A stretch of 64,000 nucleotides of DNA from the NCBI RefSeq assembly GCF_009914755.1, contig NC_060925.1, one strand, 5' to 3'. Both the position numbers and the translations under genes were made by a program. Each line of letters begins with the position of its first letter. Positions within the stretch are counted from its first letter, which is position 1. The notes below the pieces were generated by a model that saw only the letters and a list, made by a program, of their open reading frames with translations, had not been told where the DNA came from and ran no database searches. Positions 29,801 through 43,225 of the stretch are shown here, piece by piece. The DNA comes from the human T2T-CHM13v2.0 reference genome, Homo sapiens.

Positions 29801-31799
29801 AATCCTAATAGCCTTGGAATTATGCTGCCAAAGCCATCCAATGCATAAAAATAGATAGTCTTTTGTTCCATATTAAATGCAAACTGATGTGCTTTTGTCA
29901 CTTGTTTTAAACCATTTCACAGATAAAAAGAAAATAGTCAAAAAATATTCTGAACTCGATGGAATACTGTGGAGTAGATGAAGAAAACTCTTCTGAGTAT
30001 CATCAAGACTATAAAGACCCTTCAGAAAAAAACTCTCTTGCAGACATCTGTCCATTCTTTATATGTGTATGGGATCTTAGTTTGTAAATTTCTACTTCAT
30101 ATGTTTTTATAAGATGACTTTTTTATTGTTCCAATTACTTATTATTTTTGTTTAAGCTGGACTTAATTTTAAGATATATGCAATCCAATTTAATATTGCA
30201 TTCAGAAAGTAAGAACTCTGGCCTCATTATTTGCATGACATGAATATGAACACAAGAAAAATTGGATTGGACAAAATTTATTGCTTTTGCTTTATTTTTT
30301 CCTGCCACAAAACCATGTCCTCTGTCTTTGTTAGGGCTGGGGATTGTTTGGACTTTGTTATTCTCTAATAATAGGCAAAATAAAGGTTAGACATGGAGAA
30401 GAAAAATCATTATGTGAACATTATAACTACGTATGCTAACTTGAATGTCATTCATCATTGCGTTACTCACAAAGTGGCAAATTTTAGTCTTCTTATATGA
30501 ACAACTGGATTTTAACAACTGGATGGTTTTTAACAACTGGATGGTTTTTCAGAGACTTCAGCTATGATTACTTCTCCCTCAAAAATTTACATTGAATGAA
30601 AATGACACCAAATTACCTGAAAGTATAAAAAGTAATAGACTCAAGAAAAAATTTGTTTCCCTAGAGACTATCTGTTAAAGATCTATAAACATTTTTATAG
30701 AAAATGAACCATTTTAAAATAAGCTTTTATAAAACATTTTCATAAGAACCTCTATATCTTCTTGTGATTTTAAATTAAACTGCCTTAGTAAAAATCAGAG
30801 ATTATCTCTGACACATTTTTTTGGTAGAATGGAGAAATGAAAGATCCTCTGATTTATGGTGTGATGTTTAGCAAGGTCGATTAAATCTAAGTGATAATCC
30901 TTGAGTAACACCATTTAACACTTCACTCTTTACTCATGAAGAGCAAGTCAAAATAGTGAACTGAAACATGAAATGATCAATGGTCAAATATAAGAAAACA
31001 TCAAATAAACACAATAAAAAACATCTGAGTCTCATTTGATTTTCTTCCCTCTACTCATCCTGAGCTATTTTTCTGGTAGTTTCTCTTTAAATCTTCAAAG
31101 ACAAAACCCATTACACAGTCCTTCATATGACTCTAGAAAAGGTAATATATACCTAAACATTGCTCTTTACCTCCATTCAAACTATTTTTCTAATTTATTC
31201 CTTTTGATGAGACAAGTAACACTAATGAGCTAAATTAACTTGGCTGGGGCATTTGTTTTGTGGTTAAATATAACATTTCCAACTTTTTAAATATTTTTGG
31301 GTCCATACTGAAAATTGGCCATGTCATTTTAAATCAGGTAACAAAATCTGTACACAAGAAAATCTAACTTAAACAGCAACAATATTCCTTAATATTAATA
31401 TAAATGAGGGTCCACTATGCATGAAGGTCCACTATGTTATTATTTTTCTAATGATACTTATATATTTTTATTTGATATATTATTAATATATACAAAAATT
31501 TTAAAATATAGTTGATATGTTTTATTTAAATAAAGTTAAATTATTTTGTTCTATGTGTATGGCAGTTTTATAAGATTAGATATATTTTTGACTCAACATT
31601 AAGAGATACACTACTACTTGTACATATTATATGAAATACCAGCTTTCAAACAAAATCTCACAATTATTTAGATTTAAAACAACAACAAAATAAGTTACAG
31701 AACACCTTTAGTTAACCGCTATAGGCAATACAGTAATTGGTACGTTATGAACCTACACCTATTTCTGGAAGGTATATAAAACTATGATAAACTTTGGGG

Positions 31800-32370
31800 T
31801 ATCATATTGGTTATTTATTGTGTCATAGCAAACTACTGCACAAATCAATAGCTTATAACAGACATTCTTGCCCACAATTCTTTGGGACAAGAAGACTTAC
31901 AGGACTCAACTTATCTCTACTCCACCATGGTTTTATTAGGGCTGATATGACTAAGGCAGGCATTCAAGATGGCTTAACTCACTGTGCATTACCTGTGTTG
32001 TGCTGGCACAAAATGGATGTAAGCTGGCTTGCACAGGTGGGTTGCTCTTTTCTCTGGTGTTGCCTGGGCTCTCTCATGTGTCTGGGCCTTCACTGGACCT
32101 TCTTCTCCACTTGGTTTTTTATCCCCCAGGATATTTCTGTCCATAACAGGATAGCCTGGTCTCCTTTACATAGTGGCTATGGTTCCCCTGTATGAAATCA
32201 GAAACTGAAAGAAAACCTCTGGAATTTTGGTCTCATAAGTCCCAGAGCATTTCTCCCAGAATTGTATTGGTGATAAAAAAAATAAATAAAGTCACAAAGC
32301 CAGGACAAATCAAAGGGGTGAGACATTGGAGACCATTTGGACCATTTTTAACAATCTGATTTTTAACACC
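31800..32370 (-). mobile_element. Degraded MLT1-type LTR
   Basis: caagatggcttaactcac, cctttacatagtggct, ttgtattggt...aagtcacaaagcca. Confidence 0.6.
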
Positions 32371-33368
32371 TTTTTAGCAACTGCTACACAGACCTTTCTT
32401 AATTTTTAAAATTGTAACAAAATATGTTACTCTTTGAAGAAGTGTTGTATGAGTTAGCTAAATGTCTGCTGTTTTGTTTCGTTTTTCTCATCTGCTTTTA
32501 GGCTATGAATTTGGCTAAAAAAATTCTTGCACTGTCATTTTTAATGCTTCTACTTAAAGAGTATGGAGTAAGACAAATGTTCAAACTTTTATTTTAAATG
32601 GAACATTTGAAATATAATGTGAGAACCTAAATTTTTAAACAACATGTATAGTTCAAAATTCAGAAGTATTCAGAAACATTTTCTGTTTCATTTTTCTCTC
32701 TACTGTTGCTAGTAAGTACAAATATAGATTTAGACAGTTTTTCCTGTAAGCCTACTATAAGCTCTATACCTTTTCTTCTGAACTTCAGCCAAGGCTTCTC
32801 TTTTCTTAGTCTTTTCTTTTGGAACTATAATAATTACTCTAAAATTTTATCAAAAGTCAAAGTCAAAAAGAATGCAGCAGGTATTCATTCATTCATTTAT
32901 TAATTTTACTAAAAATTGATCATATTCTATATATCAGGTATGGAATTAATTCAGTAAAGCATACTTCTTCATCCCAAAGAGCTTCTACAGAAGAAAAGCA
33001 AACAAGTTAACATTCATTATAATTCAGCATGATAAGTGCAACCACTGTAGTCAAAACAAATGTGTTGAGCCAAAAAGAGATTCTACTGCAAAAGATTTGG
33101 GTAATGCCAATGACATCACTAAATGCAGTCTGAAACTCACAGCAGAAGAGTCAAAAGATATATGCCCTTTATTTTTTTCTTGGTAACCTGTGAAGAGGCA
33201 TGTGTAAGTCAGGCACTCGGAAAACTCCATGAGCTGTACTGCTGTGCTCCCAGGAGGATATGGTGATGACAACCTGATTTAGGAGAGAGGTAATAAACTG
33301 AGAGGAAAATAAATAGGTAATAGTTGCTTATTTCACAAACCTGATTGTAATAAATACATACATACATA

Positions 33369-34681
33369 GGTGGAGACTTCAAAACGTTCTTGGAACATTG
33401 GAATTAAGAGATAAAAATGTAACATTTATTTCCCAACATAAGATACATCAAAGTCAAGACATCTTTGTAAGGAATGATAGCCATTTAGTGCATCACTAAA
33501 AAACTGGGGGCCCTAGGGATTTAACTATGCCAGTGCAATTCTTTTTACATTATTAACTGAGGAAAAATTGGTGCCCCCTTAAAGATTTTTAAGAATTAGA
33601 AAAAAAAAAGTCAGAAGGAGCCAAATCAGAACTATAAGGTGGATCCCTAGTGATTTTCCATAGAAACTGTTACAAAATTGCCCTTAGTTAATAAAACAAA
33701 TGAGCAGGAGCATTATTGTAGTGGAGAAGGACTCTTTGATGAAGAGAGTCATCATGAAGAGGATTCTTTGATGAAGGAAACTTTGATGAAGATTTTCCAG
33801 GCATCTTTCTGCTAACGCTTTTGCTAACTTTCTCAAAACACTCTCATAATTAGCAGATGTTATTGTTCTTTGGTCCTCCAGCAAGCCAACAAGCAAAATA
33901 CCTTGAGCATCCCCCAAAACTGTTGCTATCACCTTTGCTCTTGACTGGTCTACTTTTACTTTGTACAGGACCACTTCCACCACTTAGCCATTGCTTTGAT
34001 TGTGCTTTGTCGTCAAGATTGTACTGGTAAAGTTATATTTCATCTCCTGATACTATTCTTCGAAGAAATGCTTCAGGATCTTGATCCCACTTTGTTTTGA
34101 ATTTCCATTGAAAGCTATGCTCATGTCTGCAGCTGATCTGGGTGCAACAGTTTTAGAACCCATCAAGTGGAAAAGTTTGCTCAACTTTAATTTTTTCATC
34201 AGAATTGTGCAAGCTGAACCATTTGAGATGTCTATGGTGTTGACTATTGTTCCTGCTGATGATTGTTGGTCCTTTTCAGTTAGGTCGCAAACAAGATAAA
34301 CTTTTTCCTTACAGACTGATGTGGATTGAAACCTCCCACCATAGGCTTGAATTCATCCCTTCTTAAGATGAGTTATTCCTTTGTGAACTGCTGATTACCT
34401 TGTGCATTGTCTGCATAAACTTTTTGTAAAGCATCAAATATTTCACCGTTCTTCTACCCATGAACTTTATGTTTTTCTTGCTTCAATTTTAGCAGAATTC
34501 ATGTTGCTCTGAAAGGGGATATTTTTAAACTGATGTCTTATCCTCCTTAGTGCCTCAAACTAGGTCCTTTTTAGGAATGTTATAACGAGTCAGTATGAGT
34601 TTATTTTGTCACCAAAAAAATTTAAATTCATACATAGTTTTTCATAATATGCATTTTCATAAACCTTTTGAAGTCTCCTCA
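33369..34681 (-). mobile_element. HSMAR2 mariner DNA transposon, full length, with decayed transposase gene
   Basis: Terminal inverted repeats share GGAGACTTCAAAA, with TA at 33367-33368. Minus-strand ATG at 34502 (MNSAKIEAR), plus WVLKL (WVPxL), SGDE, LHYNNAPAH and PPYSSDLAPSDF motifs. About 1.3 kb. Confidence 0.93.
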
Positions 34682-36296
34682 CATATATAATTATATAATT
34701 TTTGAATGTTTTAAATATAACTTTGTGTTAAATAACTTTCTAGGTTGGTAGTATAAACTAATCCTTCTCTCTTCACCCCAGGTTTGGGGTTTGTATCTGC
34801 CTACTGGGAATCAGTGTTTACATACAAGCAAGTCATTTAGGAAGAAGAGATATAGGGACCTCAGGGCTAAGAAATGCCTTATTTTTCTAAGCCATTCTTT
34901 TTCTCCAGGCTCAGCCATGGATTTCCTACTCTGTGCCTTCACCAAGTTTCCAAAGCTACTAGGTGATGAAGTGAGCAGCAAGAGTCTCCTGTGTTCCCAC
35001 ATTTGTCTCCACTGGGCTCTGTTGATGTATTTCCTTGTGTTCTATAGTAGCACAGTCAAATCAAATCATATAGCAGCAGAGATACCTCTTGTGCAACTAC
35101 AAAGCCTCCTAGATTGTTCTTTCATTGAGCTAATTCTATAATGTTCTCAGTAAAGAAGGAGGAATTTTGCATGCTCACCTAAACTATTGGAATATTCCAG
35201 GATCTGTCTCAGGGCTTATCTATACAGACTTGCCGTGACCACTCTTTCTGTTTTACTCTTTGACAACCAAAGTAGTGGGAAAAAAATCTCAAAGGTCTTT
35301 GTTTCATATATTACAACAAGGTAATGATGCAAAAGATCCCTTTGCTTTTGGATCCCCAAATATCTTTATGGTAGCATACTGTATATTTGACTCCGGGAGG
35401 AGTATTGAGTGTGTTTTCAGAGACCCATAATAGTGACTAACGTTATTGCTCCTCTCTTTAACCTTTCTCTACCCTTCCCCGGATTAAATAACCTTTATAA
35501 TATGTAAACAATCACCATTTGTCTGTACCTACTGCTTAGGCTGGGACATGGGTAAGTATTCTATGTTCCAAAAAACAGATGCTTTATATTCAGAGATTTT
35601 TTTCCTGCTAATAATTATCACTGCCTTTTATGCTTTTGAACCCCACAGCTAAATATTCTGGTTACTCATTTTCCTGAAACTTCTGTAGTAATAGCCCCAT
35701 CTTAAGGATAATAAAGGTGAAATTTCTTAGCTTTCTAAGAGGAGGAGAGGGTTCTTGTTAAGATAGAGAAGAACTGAAACCAGAGTGGCGAAGGGTGGAT
35801 ATAAATTAATTGGAAAATATTTTACACTATAAGTATGACGCAAATAGAGTCCTGTGAAGAATGAGTCTGGTCAACAGTATTTGAATATGTTGGATGAAAA
35901 GTAAGAAATAGCCTAGATCACATATAATAATGTTTCAAGAATAACAACTCAGCCTGGGTTTGTTGTCATTTAGTGTATGATTGAACTCACAAATGAATAG
36001 CACAAAAACGATCATGTATGAGAAAAATAGAGAAGTCATTTCACATGGCTTCATGAACCTCTACAGTAAAGGTCACTTGTGGCATGTTTTTTGTGCTTCT
36101 GAGTCAAAACTTGCCCATATAGGCAAATATTTCTCATGACCCTCAGCAAATATTGGAAACAGCAGCAGATTCCCCATGTTTCCTATGCATGGGAGGTAGC
36201 TCTGGAAGAAGTGAGCTTTAGGTTAACTTTGGAAAAAACAAAAGAGAGAGAGACAGTAAAAAAAGAAGAAATGTAATTTTCCAAATAAATACTAAC

Positions 36297-36812
36297 TCTG
36301 GCAGAGACTACTAACAATCTTTCAACAACCACTCTTCTCTTCTTCTATAAAGATATTTATGAAATTGCCTATTTTTAGCTGACTACCATAAAAAAATTTT
36401 ATAATTGCCCAACATTCCAGGCCATGTAACTGAGTACTAGCCAATGACATGTAAAAAAAAAAAAAGTTGTCTGTGTTTCTCCTGCTTACCTTCCTTAAAA
36501 TACAGCTAGAATGTACACTTGTCTCCTTTTCATCATCTTTTCCTCTTTTCCATTGGTTGGAATGTAAACAAGGTAGCTGGGAAGGACTGGGCTTTGGGTA
36601 TTAAGGACTGGGCTTTGGGTATTATGAACTGACCTTTGTAGTGGATGAGGAACATAACAGAATAAGATAGGGGGGCTCCAGTATTCAAAGGACATTGTGG
36701 AGCAAAATCACCATACCAGCTCTAGACTATCTCTTCTGGACTTTAATGTGAAAAAGAAATATCATTCTTCCTTGGTCTGTTTCTCATCACCAAACTGAAT
36801 CCTATGTGATAT
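36297..36812 (+). mobile_element. ERVL LTR33-like solo LTR
   Basis: tggcagagact..., ggccatgtaactgagtactagccaatgacatgtaa, ccataccagctctagact. Confidence 0.65.
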
Positions 36813-37299
36813 ATGAATTTTCTGTTTCGTTTCTCAGGATAAGTTGGACCTGCAGCGAAAAACTAGCCTGAAAAGTAAATAGAAATGAGTTAAATGTTAG
36901 CAAAATATCGGGCTACTGATGTTCATTACTCCTTGCCAGAGACATGTTCTTTGTTCTTACATTAAGTCAATTTCTTTGATGAATTACTTTGGTCATTTTT
37001 TTATTGATTCCCTTGGCATCATAGTGCCATACCATGATATCTTGTTCTTTGTTACTGACAAAATGTAGATCAGAACTTGGATGTTCAGACCCTCCCATGC
37101 TTCAATGTCTTTGCTTACACCATCTCAAACTGAATCATATTTAATGTAGTTAGCTATTTTACTGGTTGATCCTTTCACATTTCTCTCAAGCCCTGAAATC
37201 TGTACCATCAAAGATTTCCACTTTCATTCATCCAAGGGATCTGAAACAATTGATACTTTACTACTATAAAAATTTTGCTGTCTTCTCGAAAGCTTTTAG

Positions 37300-37510
37300 G
37301 CAATATAGTGAATTGACTCAGAAGTCTTGCTGCCTCGGTTTCACCATTTACTAATTATTGACTTTAGATAAATTACTTGCCAACTCTAAAACTTCTCTTT
37401 ATTTTTTCTTAATTCTAAAATAGAGACATTAACGAAAATAGCACTAAATAACCCACATTAAGCAATTAGCTGAGGCCCTGCTAGAATAAATGCGCTATAT
37501 ATACTAACTA
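37300..37510 (+). mobile_element. MIR (degraded)
   Basis: caccatttactaattattgactttagataaattactt...ctaaaatagagacattaa. Confidence 0.5.
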
Positions 37511-40500
37511 AAAATAGTAATAGATTTTCTTTCTCACCTTGCATTCTTAAAAGAGGATAATAAAATCTTCTGTTACTTTACTTTTATTCAGATGACATTG
37601 AATAAATGCTTTCCAGAATGAACAAATTCACTTATTCAACAAATATTTTTGGTATATTTTTGTGCCAGATATTGGAAGTACTGTGTAGCAGACAAACCTG
37701 GCCCCACCATCACGCCTTCTAATTTGCTTGTTTGCAGATAAAATCCACTAGCCAAATAATTCATGTGCATTACTGACTTAATATTCTCTCAAGTGATTTG
37801 TGCTTTTCTTCAGTCTCTTTTCATATTTTTACACTGTCTCATGGTAATCATCTAGGTAAATGGTGCATCACTGTTCAATTTGTTTTAATTCATTTCTCTA
37901 GGTGTATGTATGTGACTATATAGTGCTTCAAAGATATTCATTTAATTAAAGATATCTGATGATTTGAATGATAATCTATAAATACAAGAGAGAAAGGGAA
38001 AATTTGAATAATGATCTGAAAGTTGTAGTTTTATATTAACTTTCCAAGAAGATTCCAGCAAAATCTCAGATTGATGACTTAATCTACTTATGTTACTGTT
38101 TCTCCTTGAAAAAATAATAAACTTTGAAAGTTTATTTTTTTCTTAGAAAAACAGTTTGAATATTAAAGGTGAAAGGTATTTTAAAAATCTGAGCAGCTTC
38201 TCTCTCAGAGATAATTCTCAGAAAGAATATGATACATCAGTACACTGGCTCACTGCACACTCAGTACACATGGCATTCAGGTCAGGACTGCAACACAGCA
38301 ATGCTTCTATTTTCCCTTCCGCTTTGATTCCACAGCTTCTCACACCTTTCATAACAACTCCCCCATCAGAAAAAAACTGCTTTTTTCCTATTGCCAGATT
38401 TCTACTCCTGACCCAGATAAAGAAAGTTTATTTCCCCTAGTTGATGCAAAAAAATAAAAATAAAAAATATTTTTTTCTGCTAAAACTTTATTTTTCTTAT
38501 ATCTGTTTGCTGCCTTACCTGATAAAAGAAGTAGGTAAAATACAAGAAACCTGTCAGGATCTGGAAAGGGTGTTAGTTGAGTTGAGTACTACTCAATAAT
38601 CCCAAAGAGCATCACTGAACAAGCACCCCCAAAATCTTTCCTGGCTGAGATGATGAAGAAAGCCCATTTATTAAAAATCTGCAACATATCACATTATACA
38701 GTACAAATCAACATAATGTGATATGATCTGACATCGAGTTTAAAAAGTGCCTTTTCTGCTTCTGCTCAGACCATATGTTCAAATTATTAAAAATATCCAC
38801 AAATGCTTGTTTTTTCTTTTAACAAATCCAAACTTCTCTCAAATAAACTATCTTGTATTGTTGGGCAGAAAATGATTTTCTTCTTGTGGGCACTTTATTA
38901 TCAATTACTTTACATGTACATACACATATACACAAAAAGAAAACTGTCAAAAAGTAAGGTGTTACTATATAGGGAAGAAATACAACGTATTTAAGTTTAC
39001 TTGTGACAATAGATGCTCTTTCTGACCTACCTTATATTGGACTTTTGGTATGCAAATATGACTCATTGAATACCGAAATATGAGTGCCTATTCATTGTCA
39101 CTTTCTTTTGACCTGAATTCTGTTTACCTAGCAATCTCCAAAAACCTGTTCACCCATGGGTAATAGAAGCTAAGCTTTCTTTAAAAAATTATTATTCCAT
39201 GCAATTTGTGAGGAAACAGCCAAGTTGGCAAATTAAAAACAAAAAACAAAACTCTGGAACATCTTGACTGGGTTGATGACATGACAGCATTGTAGTATAC
39301 TACCAGCTGGGAGTTGGCTGGGGTTCAGAAATGGACTCAAGACAGTGGAAGCAGAATGCAAGAGGAGGCAGCTCTTCACTAGTGTGACTGTTTTGTTAAA
39401 ACCAGCAAGAAGACCATTTGCTACAACAGCTTTCTCTCACTCTGCCCTTAGCTGATTTCTTGTCGGCAACAGAAAAATGTGACATAAGGGGATAACGATA
39501 GCATGTGAAATGATACTGCACAATCTGCTCAATCTGCCATTGCAGTCTCCAGGCCTGTTTCTCACCTTGCTCTGGATCCCCCCTGAGCTGATGCAAGCAT
39601 GGAATTCCTGTGGACTTCCAAGGGGGCTCTATGCTTATAATAGACTAAAGAATGGAAAGTAGAGCAGAGAGAGGGGCTAGACAGATGAGCAAGGTATTTG
39701 GTTCACTATCATTTCCCTAAAATAAAGACCAATGAAACATTAGATAAAACTAAAACAAAAAACAAAAAATACCTCACTTATGAAGGTTTTGAACGCTCAC
39801 ATTTGCCTTTTTAATGTCTCTGCACTTCTGGGTTTTTTCCTCTCTTTTTAAGTTGACCCAGAGAATGATGAAAAAGTAGGGAATGGCCATGCATGTAGTA
39901 TTTTCATTTCAACCAGCAACATGATGCTTCCAAAATCTTGCAAGACAAATCTTTCTCCCACAGATTTGCAGCTCAAATTTGCAAACAACAGAATTTCCAT
40001 GGTTTCAATAAAGTTCAAGTAAGCATCCTCCAAATTTCAGTATTTATCTGGACGAGTGTTAATGTTGCATTTTTAAAAATTCATCCAGCACTAACTACCT
40101 TAATATTTGGAGATAACAAATCCTGATCTGTAATCTTTCCTCAGGAAAAAAATCCAAGGTTCCCATAAGAAATAGCTTTTTATTAATATCCTTGAGAATC
40201 TTGAAACATTGGGTATTGTTATGTCAGCACATCTGTTTATCCTGCTTGGGCAGAGAAATTAACTATCTGGCAATACTGATACAGCAGGGGAATTTCTGAG
40301 GTCCTTCGATGAGAGGAAAGTATAAATGTAATGAAAATTTAAGGATTTTTTTTCTCTTATCCTTCCCTTTTCAGTTTATATTGCAGCATCTCTGGCCATT
40401 AGAAAAGTGAAGAAAATAGTGTAAATTTCTTAATAGCTAAATAAGGCCTGAAATAGACCTACAAATTTAAAAGCCTGTAATCCTCAGTATGAAGAGAAAT

Positions 40501-41114
40501 TAACTACCTTCCAGCATTCCTATAGCAATGAAAACTCTTTATCTAGAAACAATAATAATAAAGATTGGAAAAGTAATAGCTAAGCATTCTTTTAAAAATT
40601 TACTTCAACTGATCTTTTATGCTTGGTCAGTCATGAGAAATAAAATGTTAAAAAAATCTTAAAGGCACATATATGAATGTATGTTTGGCATGCAATACCT
40701 CACTACATTTGTAAAATAATGTTAATTAGGGCTTAATAAGTTAAAATATGTAAGGTAAAATAAATTCTAATTGCCTTAGCTATTAAATAAAGGGCTGTCC
40801 TATATTTGAGTGTGAATTACTCCTTAGAAGAGCAGGCCTGGATATCTGTACAGAGTATCAATTCAGTCAAACTACACTCAGTTTTCTTCTCACAACTTAG
40901 GTCTTCTCCTTGGAAATGATTTTCCTGATGAAAATTCTATGCCTCAAGTGACCTCTTCTTTCTCAATACTCTATGAACTTTTATTCTTATTTTGATTCTG
41001 TTTCTCCTTTGCCATCTCTCCTCATGGCTAGACTTCAGAAATTTGGTTTTCATTTCTTATCATTTTAGGAATCAAAATAGATACTCAGAACAACAATAGT
41101 AAGAGTGGTAGGTA

Positions 41115-41365
41115 GCTATGATTTATTGATTACTTATTAAGTGTGGCACATTGTGCTTGATGTTCCACATATGTGGTCTCATTTAGTTCTCATACTAATC
41201 CCGTAAAGCAGGCATTATTGTTTCTATTTAAGAAATGAGTAAACTGAGGTTCAAAGGGTCTAAGTAAATTCAGCAATGTCATGGGGTTACTAAAGAGTAA
41301 AACCAGAATTGAAACCTTGGTCTCTCTGACTTCAACACTTAGACTCATCAACACTAAATTACACT
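41115..41365 (-). mobile_element. MIRb
   Basis: aggcattattgtttctattta..aaatgagtaaactgaggttcaaaggg..taagtaa core. Confidence 0.8.
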
Positions 41366-42289
41366 CGTCCCCTTTTATTGACTTTTATCTCCATGGGGTC
41401 TTACAAAATGTCATTTATGTCTTCCCAGATCACAAATGAATGGAAAATACATTTTGGTTAGCCTAATCAGAAGCATGGTTTTAATATCTTGTACTATTGT
41501 ACTTGGATAATATTGCTTATTATCCAGCCAGCCTTACTCTAACAGACATCATGTTTGTATCCTATGATAAGCTGCCACATTTGTGTGAGGAGCACAAACC
41601 TGATAGTAACAACTCCGATGTTAAAAAAAAAAAATCTTGTTTTTTAAAATCTTTATGTAATTCAACTTAATTTCTAACATGAGCTGCTATTATTGCATGA
41701 TAAAAAATTCAATCTACTTAATTCTGAGTTCTCATAACCTAATCGAGTGATTTCTCAGTCTTTATAGTCTTTCTACCTAGTCTCATTAAGTGTTAAAATT
41801 CTATCTTCAATGACTCTTTCTCCCTGAAGAAATTCTGAGCAGATGCCGTTTCAGAAATTTGATTGAATATAGAAGTATTATCTTCATCTTCCTTTGTCTC
41901 ACTTCTCTCCTGATCTTTCTATTTTTTTTTTCAATTTCTAAGTTATCAGGTCATTTGCAATGTAATAGAGAGATATCTGAAGAATCTGTGGGTCTAACTT
42001 TGGCTTTCACTTGGCTGACTATGCCATGGCCCATCCACTGGTATTGTAACTATGTCCTTACCCCATCTCCAGGAAGGAATGCACAAGCTGTATCCTAGGA
42101 AAGATTTCCTCCTAACCTTTACAAAGCCTCCATGATAACTTGCTGACACACTTTCACTATCAAGTACCTATAACAGTATCTTTCTTGAGAACAAAAGGAA
42201 CTCTGAGAAAACCTCACAAAAGCTTGAAGTAACATTTGAGGCGTTTTAATATTCAAAGTGGAGTATGTTTCTCTCTTTAAGGGTGAATT

Positions 42290-43225
42290 GCATTTAATGA
42301 CTATCTTTCAAAAATAAAGAAAAGGAAAAAAATAACTTTGTGTGAAAAAATATTTTAAACACCATCCTAACCAAGTGACCAATCAAGGCTAACCAGCAGT
42401 GATCAGTCATGTTGATATTATGTACCATAATGTGATGAGGAGGGTAACTAATCTCTATGGCATTCTCAAAACACATGTGAAAACATCAGACAAATTGAAA
42501 TCAGGAACACTGTACACAATACCTAATTATCACTCTTCAAAACTGTCAATATTATTTAATAAAAGAAAAACTGAAAAACTATCATAGATCAAACTATCAT
42601 AAATATCAATATTTTTTAATGAAAGAAAAACTGAGAAACTATCATAGATCAAAGGAGACTAAGGGGGTGATAAGGTTTGACTGTGTTCCCACCCAAATCT
42701 CATCTTGAATTGCAATTCCCATAATCCCCATAGGTGATGAAAGGGGCCTGGTGGGAGGTAATTTAATCATGGTGGCAGTTTCCCATGCTATTCTAGTGAT
42801 AATGAATAAGTTCTCAAGAGATCTCATGGTTTTATAAGGGGCTTCCCCCTTCACTCAGCTCTCACTTTTCTCCTTCCTGCCACCATGTAAAGAAGGACAT
42901 GTTTGTTTCCCCCTTCTGTCATGACTGTAAGTTTCCTAAGGCCTCCCCAGCCATGATGAACTATAAGTCAATTAAACTTCTTTCCTTTATAAATTACCCA
43001 GTCTCAGGTATGACTTTATTAATAGCAGTGTGAGAATAAACTAATACAGGTGGCAGGACAACTAAATTCAATGTAGTGTTGTGGACTGGATCCTGGAACA
43101 GAGAAAAAAATGCATGACGTGTATATAAAACGTATCTTAGTTAATAGCATAGTACCAATGTTAATGTCTCAATTTTGACAAATATCCTGTGATTTTGTAA
43201 GATGTTAACATTAGGGAAAATTAGG
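42290..43225 (+). mobile_element. L1MC-type 3' end interrupted by a THE1 LTR
   Basis: cagtgatcagtcatgttgata, ctgagaaactatcatagatcaaaggagactaagg|LTR|gacaactaaat...ggatcctggaacag, aagatgttaacattagggaaa. Confidence 0.75.
42668..43048 (+). mobile_element. THE1C/D solo LTR (MaLR)
   Basis: TGATAAGGTTTGACTGTGTTCCCACCCAAATCTCATCTTGAATTG...ACTAATACA. TSD GGGGG/GGTGG. Confidence 0.93.

Noticed and set aside
31409-31437. GGTCCACTATG repeated twice
   Set aside because: An 11-bp local slippage, too short to interpret.
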